64,000 bases of DNA. Source: Lama glama (Eukaryota). This document shows, in pieces, positions 49,613 through 61,800 of this stretch (position 1 is the stretch's first letter; each line of letters starts with the position of its first letter). A model generated the notes under the pieces. That model was not told the DNA's origin, made no database searches, and saw nothing but the letters and a program-made list of their open reading frames with translations. A program made the translations under genes and the position numbers. The stretch lies in NCBI GenBank assembly GCA_028534125.1, contig CM052816.1:91080001-91144000 (forward strand). Direction: 5' to 3'.

Positions 49613-50864
49613 GTGAGCTCCGGTAATCAAGCCCTGTGAAAGCTCATTTCTTACAAAGACAGGGTGACTAATTCTTTGCCATCCCTACAGTCTGATGAAG
49701 GCCTCTTTGGTTTCCAATGCCAAGGACGGCTGCAGCTGCTGTATGGCGGGCCACAAAAAGGGTGTCCCAGGACAGCCAAGAGAAGCTGTCCTGCCAGAGG
49801 GACAGCCCACTCCTGCAGGCTGTCCTTCTTTCCAGACTTCTGTCCCTTCAGGGGCAAACCTGTGTCCAGGTCCGCTTGGTGTCTCCTCACTGGAAATCTT
49901 GAGTCCCACAGAAGGTATGTGAGGCCACGAGCTTGCCTGAGGGGCCAGTCTCATACACAGTGGTGTCCTCCCACTAAAAGATGTTACAACTCTTTATTTG
50001 GAGAAACAAAAATAGTACAGAGAAAAATGAATATAAAGAAGAGAGGATGAATTGGAATCTTACTCCCCTAAAAAAAAAAAGATCGTTATGTTTCTTCTAG
50101 TACTTCTTTGGACAGATTTTCTTAGCAAAGTTACAATAATTATGTAGAATATGTACAATTTTGTACCCTGCTTTTTTTTTTCTCTCGTAAGAATTTCCCA
50201 ATGGCATTAAACATTTTGGATGCATTTTTAATGCCTGCAAAATATTCTATCCTTTAGATTTCTCCACATATATTAATATTCCTCTGTTACTCGAAATAAT
50301 TTTGCCACATAAGTGAGAGTGAGAGATACCACTTTAATTTTACTCATTAAGGGGTTGATTGGATCAGAAGGTGTGAAGTATGAGCTGCCAGTTACAGGCC
50401 TGGGTCCAGAAACTGGCCAAGCATCAGGTCTACCATGTCCTCTTGGTCAAACAGTAGAAGAACCCAGGTTTGAGGGGAGAGGACATGAACCCCACTTATT
50501 CTTGGGAATAATGTCATCGAACTTGCAGGCTTTATTTTAAAACTACCAGAATGAGAAAAAATGTTCACCTACTGTTTGTTTTTATGAAATTTTATCAGTT
50601 ATCATTGGAAAGGTTATCTATAGTAAAACATTTGAGTTTGGCTCCCTCTTCTGCTCTTAAAAAAATTGCAGACCAGTGACATCTCTTCCTAACAGAGGAA
50701 CACTCCAGTGATCTAGTCTCTTGATGAATATACTTATTTATACAGAATAACTTCCTTGTTAGATGAAGCTCACTTCTTTAGATGTAAGCACCTAACTATT
50801 TCAACTGTTCCGAAGAGTGACTGCAGACACGGTCTGTGGAGTGATGCAAAGCTGTTCCCAATCC

Positions 50865-51045
50865 CGCCTGCAAATCCCAGCCTCACCGCTGACTAGTTAG
50901 GTGGCCTTTCTGAATTGCATTTTGTTTTCCATAAAATGAAGACAATAGTACTTCCTTTATAGGTTTGTCTTATAAATACGGTAATCTACATTAAATATTT
51001 AGCTTAGTGAATGGCTCATTGTAAGTGCTCAGAAATAGTTAATAT
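50865..51045 (+). mobile_element. MIR
   Basis: AAATCCCAGCCTCACC..TGACTAG...TAAAATGAAGACAATAGTAC...GTAAGTGCTCAGAAATAGTTA. Confidence 0.7.
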
Positions 51046-53484
51046 TTAATTAAGTTGTACACTTCCTTAAGCAATATAGAATAGGTCACGTTTGAGTGAA
51101 AACATCCCGACCACCTGTGGTCTAATCCTTGTGAATGTCCAATTGCCGGTCATGATATACAAGGAGGCTGCTCAGCATGGGTGGTCATTGACTCTCTTTA
51201 GATGGTGGTCTTTTCTTGGTGGCTTTATTCTCTTTGTGAAAGTGGTATAATTCATTGTTAAATATTAAAAATAAATAAATAAAAGTGCAAAAAGTACAAA
51301 TTACCCCCAAACCTCCAGTCCTTATATAATCAGTCAACCCTTTGATGAATGAATGCCCTTCTAGATATTCCCCTGTACCTGTTCACCCAGGTAGACACAT
51401 GCACAGATAAAAGGGATCAGCTGTAAGTGCTGTTCTCAAGTCTGCATTTGCGCGGGGGTGCGTGCGGAATTGGGGCACTCCTGGTTGGTCTGGTCTAGAC
51501 GGTGTGTGTGCTCTTCATGTTTGGATAGGGCCACAAGGGGTGTGTGTTTGGTTCACGTTGTTTTGATCCTTCCTGGGATTGATTTAACCCAAGTGAGCGT
51601 GGGTACCACGCCAATGACCTGTGCTGAGCGAGAGCATTTACCCCTTCGTAGGGGAGTGAGAATGTCTGTCCAATGCATCCGACAGTGAGCTGAGTATCCA
51701 CAGGAGGGCGTTCGGGGCACATGTATGTCTCTTGCCCAGTTGGCTTTTTATAATCTTCTGGGCATCATGAATCTTCTAAACCATCATTCCAGATAGCATA
51801 TGGGATCCTCCAGAATGCCCTTCGGTATGCTCTTCTTCCCCTGGGACTGCGTATTTTTTTCTCCCATCAGGCCTTTTAGGCCTTAGTCCTTCGTAGGGCC
51901 ACCCCCCCATCCCATAGCTTCAGGAGTTGTGTGCAAGGCATCCAGCTGAGAGAGCCAGTGGGGGCTGGCATCCATCCCAGGCGCTGACCCCAAGCCCCGT
52001 GCTCTGGTGTGGGATGGCATCTCCTGGGAGAAGGTGCGCCATTTTGTACACATACATCTGGTGGATTCACAGGCCCTGCCCCATCAGGTGTTCATTGCAC
52101 CCCCTGTTTTCTATGTATCTTTATAAGCGACCTCAAATCCTTTGTGGACCAGAGTGCAATAAAGTAATTACTGAGAGAGTAGCCTTTGCCACACACAAGT
52201 TCAATCCATACATACATGTGAAGAAACAGGAAATGAAGTGTCCCATTCGCCCAGTTTTCAACCTAAGACAAGGGGACAAAAAGTGATTCAGCTCTAGGGG
52301 TCAGCCATGGGTTGGAGTTAAGATGAAAGAAGTACAGTGCCTCCACCGTGTGTCTGAGAGAACAGAGCATCATCTTGCAATGTTTAAAGAGAGGCTGCTT
52401 TGAATATCTGAAGTTTTCTGCAGCAGCCACACTTCTCTTTCAACTAAAGTTTCAGTTGGCTTCTGGGGCTGGTTGGCCACCTTGCAGCCTAGTAAGAATG
52501 TATAATAAGAACCAGCCCAAACTTGGAGGAAAGACCTTCAGGCAGAAGTGGATTAAAAGTCTGTTTATGCTTCTTTAGCTGTTCTTGTGAAACCACCAGT
52601 GAACTCTGAGTAGGAAAATAAAAATGAGCTCCTGGGGGAGTCCTGGCTTCTGGCTCGTGGGCCAGAGCAACATCATCTCATCCACTGTTTTCTGTGGGTG
52701 AGATGATCCAGCAGGACGACTCTCCCTGAGCTGCTGCGCCCCGTGTGGTTTTTTGTTTGTTTGTTTATTTGGTCCCCCCCCCCATTTCTCTCTCATCCTC
52801 TCATTCATCCACTCTCTCTCTAACCTCTGTGCTCCCCTGATACCTTCCCACCAGGAAGTGCCTTCTCTCACTCATGGTACGTGCCACCTGTTGATCCCAA
52901 ATTGACAGAGACAAGGGGCAAACCTGGATGTAGCAACGCAAGGCAGTCCATCTAGGGCACAAAGTGTCCTGGTGCAGACGTCCAGGAACAGTGGGGCAGG
53001 GGGTGTCCTGGCTGTTGCTGGGGGACACACACAGGTCAGGTGAGCTCAGGACAGTCTGTTACCCTTAGAAGGAGGCTCCTGTGAGTCTTTCAGGCCGGAT
53101 CACACCTCCTCCTGGCTCTGCACTCCCATTCCCAGCCTCATTTTCAGAGGATCGGCTTGCCCCGGGTGTGATTGACACCCACTGGGTAAACGCCACCGAG
53201 GGCTGTTGAAGATGTCGCTCTGTGGCCTCCGCGGTGTCTGAGGAGGGATCGCCAGACAGCAGAGTCCTCACCGCGGAAGACGGGGGCTGCAGTCGTGAGG
53301 GCCTGACGTGGGAAGAGGTGTGGGAGAGGCCCGACCCCCGGATGCCTCCTCTCCCGGGTGCCTGTGACTTGTGGCGGGTTGCTGTGTGCCCAGGGTGGAG
53401 ACCAGGGCTCCAGACCGGGCAGATACCCGCTTGTGGGGCTTAAGGAGTGTCCCGCTGTAATTGCCACTGCACTGTGGCCTCCTT

Positions 53485-53545
53485 GCCAGCTGTAAACGGA
53501 ACAGGCAGCTGCGTACCACTGTGATTCTGTGACTCAGGAAGTGAC
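53485..53545. promoter_or_regulatory. Candidate enhancer: AP-1/ETS composite plus two E-boxes
   Basis: TGACTCAGGAAGTG (53530-53543); CAGCTG at 53487 and 53506; adjacent CpG-rich patch. Confidence 0.35.
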
Positions 53546-54754
53546 ATCTCACAGTGGCATTTCAGTGGATCTATAAGCAAGCACTTGAGTTTTGGAAGGA
53601 AAGCAAACCCATCTGTCCGTGGTGCATCTTCACATTAAGCCCGTAGAAACGACACTGACAGACTCCATCTTTGGATAAGATGAGGGGCTTACAATTGTGC
53701 TTGTGTATTTTTGGAAATTACTGGTGTCTTCTCCTCAGAGCATTCTGTCAGGACTCACTGATTAGGTGGCCTGAGTCTGTTTAAACATGGCTCCCTTCTT
53801 TAAGAAATTAACTGCGTGTTTCTGGAGTAGCGTGCAGCAGAAGTGGTGGATAACTTTCCTTCCAAAGTGATTAAAGCCAACACAGATTCTAAATAGTCAT
53901 AGTTTCCCCATTTGGTAGTACTTAGAAGCATATTTGTTTGTATGAAGCAAGATTTAGAAGTGTAGATTTTGTTATAAAAGGAACACACACAAAAGGAGAT
54001 TATAAACCTAGAATTAATGACCTGCTTGCGGAAACAAGAAGAGATTGGCCCAGTAAACTAAGATAGGACAAACCTTGGCAGCGACACTAAGGGAAGTAAC
54101 TGATAATCCCTTTTTCGGGCACCGCGGAGGGGAAAGGGGGAGGCGGTCTGTTCCGTGTGGTAAGCGTTGAGGGTGCTGAGGGTTTGATGGTAAATGACTT
54201 CATTTTTTCCATGCCAACTCCGGTAAACTGGAAATGGTGCTTGGAACTTTGACTGGATTGTGAGACCTCGTCAGGAAGGTTCTGGAAAGAGTGTTGTGAT
54301 GAGTTAGCGTGGTCTGCCGTGCTTGGGGAGGTGGAGCGGTCATGTGAGTGGGGCCCACTGCACCCGGGTGAGGAGTTGGGGGCGGGGGAGATGGAGGGGT
54401 TGTGAAATAGACTTCGTTTATTTAGATAAACTTTGAAAGACCCTCCAAGTCTGCAGGGATACTGATGGCACCTTGACTTCCCCCTCCAACAGTTACCGGT
54501 GCTCTGAAGCTTGAGACCTTAGCAGCTTTACCCAGGGAAAATCTGAAGGTTAGATGCCTTTTGCTGAAACCTGGATAAACTTCTAGGGCAAGGACTGTTT
54601 TAAGGTCAGAGGAAGTCTTTCTCATTGAAATACTTGACAAGTCACATCCGGCAAACAACAGTTTCCCCAGTACTACGACAAGAAATTGAGTGCTTTTATT
54701 TCATATGTTGTTGGCAAAAGGATTGTTTTTCTAATCGTGGGCTTGGGAAGCTGC

Positions 54755-54935
54755 TGGGTTGGGTCTGGAAAGTCCTGGGTTCCTGTCCTGGTGCTGCGAC
54801 TTCTTGGCTGTGTCTGCTTTCTCATCTGGAACATGGGGGCTTTTTACCTACCTTGCCAGAGTGTTTGAGGATGAGAGGAATTAGTATAAAGTTCCTGATG
54901 TAGTTGCTAGCACTTGGAACATGCACAGTAAGTGG
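54755..54935 (+). mobile_element. MIR
   Basis: CCTGGGTTCCTGTCCTGG...TTTCTCATCTGGAACATGGGG...CCTACCTTGCCAGAGTG..TGAGGATGA. Confidence 0.65.
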
Positions 54936-55049
54936 GAGGGGTCCTTAGACTAGAAGCTCTCTGAGTGGTTCCCGGGCAGCTGGCTGGGCTAATCACTGAT
55001 GCCCATCACTACAGTAGAGCCGCGTGAAGCCCGTGGCACCCGGAACCTA

Positions 55050-55260
55050 GCAAGCTGGTGCAGCCCAGAGGCCAAATCCACCCCACAGCCCGCTCTTGTA
55101 ACTCAGATTTTATTGGAACGCTCGTGCTCTCCCATTTGCATGTCGGTCAGTGGCAGCCTTCGTGCTGTAGTGGTAGAGCTGAGTGGACAGACTGAGTGGC
55201 CAACAGAGCTGAGAATACCTGCTGCCTGGCCCTTTGCAGACCACGGTTGTCTGCCTGCTG
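55050..55260. mobile_element. hAT-Charlie MITE (MER58A-like)
   Basis: GCAGCCCAGAGGCCAAATCCA...TTTTATTGGAAC...GTAGAGCTGAGT...CCTGGCCCTTTGCAGA. Confidence 0.75.
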
Positions 55261-55418
55261 TGGTGTGTGACTGCTTCCACCATCTGAGCTGTGTGCTTAC
55301 TGAGTCAGTGTGTTTATTCTCAAATATCTTAATGTCTGCTGTTGGTGCTATTGTAATTGCGTAATTTTAACTGTAAATTCTGTAACCTGATGAAATAAGA
55401 GATCAAAAGGAGTATTGC

Positions 55419-55880
55419 TGTGGGAGATTCTCCTGGTTGTTCCCAAATATCCGACTTCTCTTCCTTTGGTGATAGAATCTCAAGTTTCAGCTGGACGATG
55501 GCCACCAGCAATTGAATTACATTTCCTAGACTCTCTTGCATCAGACACGGCCATGTGACTGCGTTCTGGCCTGTGGGAGGTGGGTGGAAGCTCTGCACGC
55601 AGACTGCAGGCCATGACTTCAAAGGGAGAGGAAGTGTCCACTGCTCCCCTTTTCCCCTCCCTGCTGGCTGCAGTGGACCATGGGATGGAAGTGTGATATT
55701 GAGAGCATCTGAGCAGCAAGATGGAAAGAGCCTGGGTTTACAACATTACAGAGATCCCATAACAGCGCTGGACCACAATGCTCTGCTGGGTGCAAGAGGG
55801 AGAAAAGAAGTGCTCTCTTTCTTAAACCCCTGTCATAACTTTAACATTTGATACAGTAGGCAAACTTTTATCTTAATACA
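55419..55880 (+). mobile_element. MaLR solo LTR (MLT1J-like)
   Basis: TGTGGGAGA...TACATTTCCTAGACTCTCTTGCA...GGCCATGTGACT..GTTCTGGCC...GAGCAGCAAGATGGAAAGAGCCTGGG...TAATACA. Confidence 0.8.
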
Positions 55881-58300
55881 CAGAGCTGTTTACCTCTATG
55901 AAAACTAAGTTGAATGTATTAGAATGAATAAGGGCCACTTTTTTGAAAAAGTGGCCAAACAACTAGAAAGTTTGGTAGGGAAAAGGTGTAAACATTTAGA
56001 ATGATCCTTTATGTGGGTGGTTCAACTTGTCGTTAAATTCTTGCACCTCTTTAAATAAATACAATTAGAAATCATGGCTAATTCATGGGGGTGTGTTTTA
56101 TGCAAGAACACTAATCTTTCTTCCAAGTCCTAACTCAGTTGGCAGTTTTGTAACTCCCACAACATGTATATATGTAAGTTAATTTTTTTGGATTGAGTTG
56201 ACTGCCCCAAGAGTGTACTGCTTGGTTTGTTAGTCTCCAGTCAACAACATTCAAGTTATACCGTGAGGCTAAGAATCTTCATACTGACTTCTTATTAATA
56301 TGGTTTAGAATTAATAATCTATACCAGCCCAGATAAGGGAATAGAAAAGTTATCTAATTCTGAAAGAGCAGCTTAAAGTGATCACTGTTTGCAATAGATA
56401 AAGTAGGCTATGATAGCTCTTTTAAACCCCATATGAAAAATCTGAGAAAGGAAGGTTTAATTCCTCCCAGGTACTTAGGGCCTGACAGTTAGGAGCACCC
56501 ACTGTTTCCAGTAAATTTGCTTTTACACCCTAACCCTGATCTCTGTGATCTCCCAGTCCATGTTTCCAGTGAAATCGTAGGTCCCTGCTTTGACCAAGCA
56601 CAGAATCCCTACTTGTATGTTTTAGTGCCTTAGCGAAGAAAGGTAACAAATCATGAAGGTTGCAGTGTCGAGGCCACTGGCGCGGATCCAGCTGACTGAG
56701 CCCACAGAGGACAGGCCAGATGGGCGTCTGCACTGGCCTTGTGGTCCCCAGGGCCGGAAATCAGCAATCGGATGGAAAGGAAAGATGAAATTCCTCATAT
56801 GGCTTTCAGTTCCTCCATTACAGGACCACAAGCATTGATATATTACATCTTTAAGAGCCTCACAGCCTCAGAAAATGGAAGTAGCCTGGGCCTTCTCAGC
56901 TTAATGGGAGGCCCGTTTTTTGGGAACCTCTCCGGTCCCGAGAGCTGACACTTTGACATCAGGACGTGAAGTGTCACTGAGAGCTGCTGTCTGCGGTTCT
57001 GTTTCCCATCAGCGTCACCAGGGATGTGTTAGGGGATGTTGCCAGCTTTAAGTGTTCATCTCTTAAGTTAGTGTCCCTTTCTGAATCTCTTCTTCATAGG
57101 AGAAAATAAATGTTTATTTCATAAAAGTAGAGGGTATCGTTAGAGTTTTGCCAAATTCAGCGTTTCAAGCAAACATGTGAATGGAGTATAAAATCCTTGA
57201 GCAAGAGCTATCATTGTACTCAACCCAGGGCCCATGGACCCTCTGAATACCTGAGATATTTAGAAGGGAGCCATTAGCAAAAACAGTTAATATCTGAACT
57301 GATTCAGCTCCTTAATTTTATAGACTCGAGAAACCTGAATTCCTCCTGTGGACTAGTCAGACCTCCACATAGCCTCCCAGTGACTTCTGTGGTCACGATG
57401 CCACTGATCTGTGCATTATTATATCCCTGCACTCTTTAGCATAATTTGTTAAAAGAACATTAATTTGATTTGCTTAATGATTCCAAAGAGTTGATTCATA
57501 ACAGAATTCACAGTGTTGATTCACTCCTGGCCTCTCTGGCTATATATTCAAAGTGAACTTAACTTTGAAGACCTCTAGTCACATGCTTAGCGTCTGGGGT
57601 GTCTGTTGGCTACAGTGTGTACAGGGATTACTCAAACCACGTTGGTACTGGACAGTTCTGTTAACGATTACATAGATTAGAAGGTATAAGCCTTTGTTTA
57701 TGAGAAGAGAAGCAAAGGCTTATATCTGTCTTTAAAAACAATTACCTTTTCTAGAACTCAACATTTTGATGAGCCATTTTTCCATTTCTTGAAAATACAT
57801 TATGGTAAATTGAGTTAGGAAAAAAAAAAGAGAAGAATGTGTATAAAAAATTCAGTTCTGATCAAAATACAATGTAAAAATAGAATATCTTTCAAGACAA
57901 TGATGAAAAGATATCTCTGTCTTTCAGTGCATCTTTGTTTAAAATAGTCATTGTGTTGTTTAATTATAAGTGGTTTCTTTGACCATCTGGCCCCCATTGG
58001 TTCCGTTTTGGCTGTGATCAGTTCCCTGAAGACTCCTTACCTTTATGGCTCTCACCTAGGATGATGATCTCCCAAGGAGCTCAAGGTAAAATGTTTAGCA
58101 CCACTTAGTTGACTTACTTATCTGGATGGGGACAACTCTTGGAATGTCCAGGCCCAATTAAATGCCATGTCACAGTAGTTTTGTCCTTGTGGTTCTGGAT
58201 GGTTCTCACAGAGGGAAAGTAAATGATTGAGGTTGATCAAAGAGCTAGCTCATCTTTCTATAGGGTCTTATAAAGTCTATTTCATGTAACTAAATTATAC

Positions 58301-58861
58301 TGCCCAGGAGGAAGAAATTTTCCTCTACCCTTCTAGGTTCTTCTGGCTGGTCTAAGAATTAAATTGGTGTGAGACAGATGAACAGGAGAAAATCAAACCA
58401 AAGTTTATTAATATGTATACCTGGGAGAGACCCATGAGAACTGAGTGACTCACCAGGATGGCCAAAACCCTCACCTTAACTACCATCTTCAGCTAAAGAC
58501 AGAAGGGGATGTTGAAGGCAGTGGTTTGAGACTTCAAAGGCAAGGAAGGCCATTGACATGGAGATAGAAAAGCAAATGTTTGGTAAATAAATATTTGCTG
58601 AGCCGGGAGGAAACAACAGGACACAGAGTGGATTCATCTCTAGGCCTGCTGAGTCTCCCCCACCACACTTAGCCCGTGTTCTTTGCAGATTTCTCTGGTG
58701 ATGGCTCTATACCTGGAACAGACCCTCTATCTAAATTCTTTTAGGCTGTTGAGGGGAAGGTCAAAGTTTCTTCTTGAGTTTTCTGGGCCTTGATTGATTT
58801 TAGCTCAAAATAATCCCATGCCAAAGAGACAATTAGGGGATGGCAAGTTTTGCTCCCCTAA
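58301..58861 (-). mobile_element. ERV1 solo LTR (MER34/LTR48-related)
   Basis: Reverse strand begins TAGGGGAGCAAAACTTGCCA...GTCTCTTTGGCATGGGATTATTTTGAGCT; reverse AATAAA near 58405. Confidence 0.75.
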
Positions 58862-61800
58862 AATAGAGTACAAGCAAAACATGGAATACTAATAAACTCT
58901 GTATGTGTATAAAACAAGAAGGCGTTTAAAATTTTACCGACTAGCCAATCTAGTAAACAATGACCTAGAGTGAGAGGAGTAAGGGGTTTGGATATAGCGT
59001 TGTGCCCGAGGCAGCCGTGGGAGGTGTGGACACACAGCCCCCTTTCCTGTGATACCTGATTGAGTGAAGGAGACTTCCTGGAAATGGCTAGAATATTGGG
59101 CAAGCAGATGGTCTCCAGTATGCTGGCTTCACCATTCACCCACACACAAAGCACATGTGGCAGCTGTTGGCTTCTCCCGGACACCACTGACAGGGACTTG
59201 AACTCTAGAGGCAGACAGTGGAGTACTTGCAACAGGTAAAAATGAAGGGGGACGGAGGAGATGGCGGGCAACTGACCCACTGGCGTAATAAGGTTTAGCC
59301 TAGACCCATCACATCTCACTTCTTTGCACTGAACTACATGTCACAAGGGATACTAATTTTTAAGAGTAAGTCTTTCTGAGCAAATTCCTAATGTGAATGG
59401 AAATGAAATGTTAGATGTTACGTTAAATAAAAGTGATTTCAGGAATCCCTTCCGTCTCCATGTGTGCAACGCACAGTGATGATTATTGTGGTTCTTTATC
59501 CGCCAAATCTTAATGCTCTTTTGTGCATATGAGAAAGGAGGGGAAATGCATTCCTCTGTAAACTCTCTCTCTAAATCTGACAGGCTCTATTAATTAGTTT
59601 TTATAATTTTGTTTTCCTAAAGAGACTGTCACTAGGAGAAATAATGACTTCTTTTGATATTTGTCCTCACTTCATAACATCAACTCACTGCACACCCTCC
59701 CTGGGCCACAGACACCTCCTCGGTGACATGTGCCCACAGCCATGTCTCCCTTCTCCCTCACTATTCCTTTCCAGTTTGTTCCCCACCTCCACCCCCAAAT
59801 ACATACCCATTTCCGGGCATGCTGTTGTGAAGTATGGTGTTGCACTAATTTACCATTAAAACATACAATATACACACAGTAGTTTATTATTAAAATCTGC
59901 TTTTGAGGGAGGCCAATGGCCAATATAACAGGTGTTCAGACATTGTAATGCAATTCTCTTTTTTTATGACTGATAACAGTGATCCTCTTGGCAAGGGTAT
60001 GTTCCTTTAAGAGCCACCAACATCATTCACTGGCTTATAAAGGAAGATAAAGGGGAGATGCGCTATTTAAAGGGGCTAAGGTGGGACTGCAGCCCATGAC
60101 TGAACAGTGTAGCATTTTAAATAAATATCCCAATGACTGATAGTCACTGACTCCAGGTTTGCCATAGTCCAGGGTACCCCCTTTATCACAAACACTGACA
60201 ACAGATTCTCCCAGCAAAATGAATTTTAATTGGCCTTCCTGAAAAAAGCACTTTGGAGGAGCTTGATCATCATTTCATCTGTCTGGGTTGTGTATACCTA
60301 CTCTGGCCCAGTACAATGAGTAAGGTCTCTAAAAAGCCGAAATGAGAAACTATATTGTTAATGAAGAATTTTGCACTGTAAGAAACACATATTGTTTCAG
60401 AAGCTTAAGTTTCATCTAGCTAGGTCAGGGTAAAAAAAGCAGGAAGGAGACACTTCCTTTTGACTCCAATTACAGTAAATCCTGGATCCTACTTGCTTGG
60501 AAATTGTGGATCCCAGGCAGAATGCAAAGAAAGGCGTATATCCAAATTAGCCAACTTACGTCATGATAACAATTTCTTATTTTCCTTGAAGAATGTTTCC
60601 TGATTCTCAGATATTACCTGACCTTCAGGGATAAAGGAGAAACCTTTTCTTCCCTCAGGGCTAGTGACTGAAATAAACCCCTGCTTCCACAAATGAAAAG
60701 GTGTTTAATCCCCTGCAGGTTTCCAGGAGGTGCCTGTTTGGAGCTAGTAATGGAATTTAAATTGTTCATGCCCTGGGCTTATGAAAATCTACTTGTGGAG
60801 ACGTTAACAAAGTTGAAAAGGCTGGAAAATAACGTCTACTGGCATCTGTTCATAGAAACTAGAATAATAGAAGAAATAACCGGAGGGGCGGTTGAGTGCC
60901 AGGTTTCCAGGTCATCTCGGTGGGGATGATCTCTGCTCCAAGGACGTGCCATGCCGAGGCTGAAAAGAGAGGGAGAAAGGGACATTTCACAAAGTGACTG
61001 ATCGCCAATTCATTTGAAACTTGGTGTATAAAAAAAAAGAGAAAGCACTCCAAATAAAATATTAAGTTGCCCGGAGGGAGGGCATCAACCTCTGCACACC
61101 TTCCCCGGGCCGCAGACACCTCTCAGGGCAGAAGGAGCTGACACTCAGATGTTGCCTCCTGGTCCCCTGGCCCCGGGGAGAAGTTAAGTTGTCCACGTGG
61201 TACAGTGGTCTGCGAAAGTGAAGACTTCAAATTGAGTGCTATGAAATTTCTTAATCTCCTGTTTGCTTATCTAATCCTCCAGTTGACATGTCCTATTTGC
61301 TTTGTCATGGTTCTAAATCTGAGTGTTTGTGCAGGGAAACACATCCCTGTTTTTAGGTTGTCTCTCTGCCTGCAGACACTGGCACGCAAACACGCACACA
61401 CTCACCCCGCAGGATTAAAAACAATTCTAACACATCGTGCTAAGAAACGTCCAGATCTGTAACTGGAGACTGATTGACCTTTCTAAGAAAAATTCGTCAG
61501 GAGTTAACATCAACAGATGTTCACCAGCAACAGAGAACACGAGACCGTTAGTCACCAGCCGAGAATGACGGGGCTGTGCGGGCTCCCCGCCAAAGCGTAT
61601 TTATAGGTGCGATGGGTGAAGCAGCTGTCTGTCCCGGTTGCGAGGTGACAAGTTAGGTGATTACAGATCCCCTTTTTAAAAGGTCTGTCCCTATGGGATG
61701 TTGACATTGTTAACTTTCTGTAAAATATTGTTTGGCTTCAATTTCCAATTCCTGTGGACTAAAAGTCAAGTCTCAAATAGCATGAAATGATGTATTTTCT

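Noticed and set aside
51700..51718. Second CTCF-like motif CCACAGGAGGGCG
   Set aside because: Mismatches in the core make it too weak to call without a PWM score.
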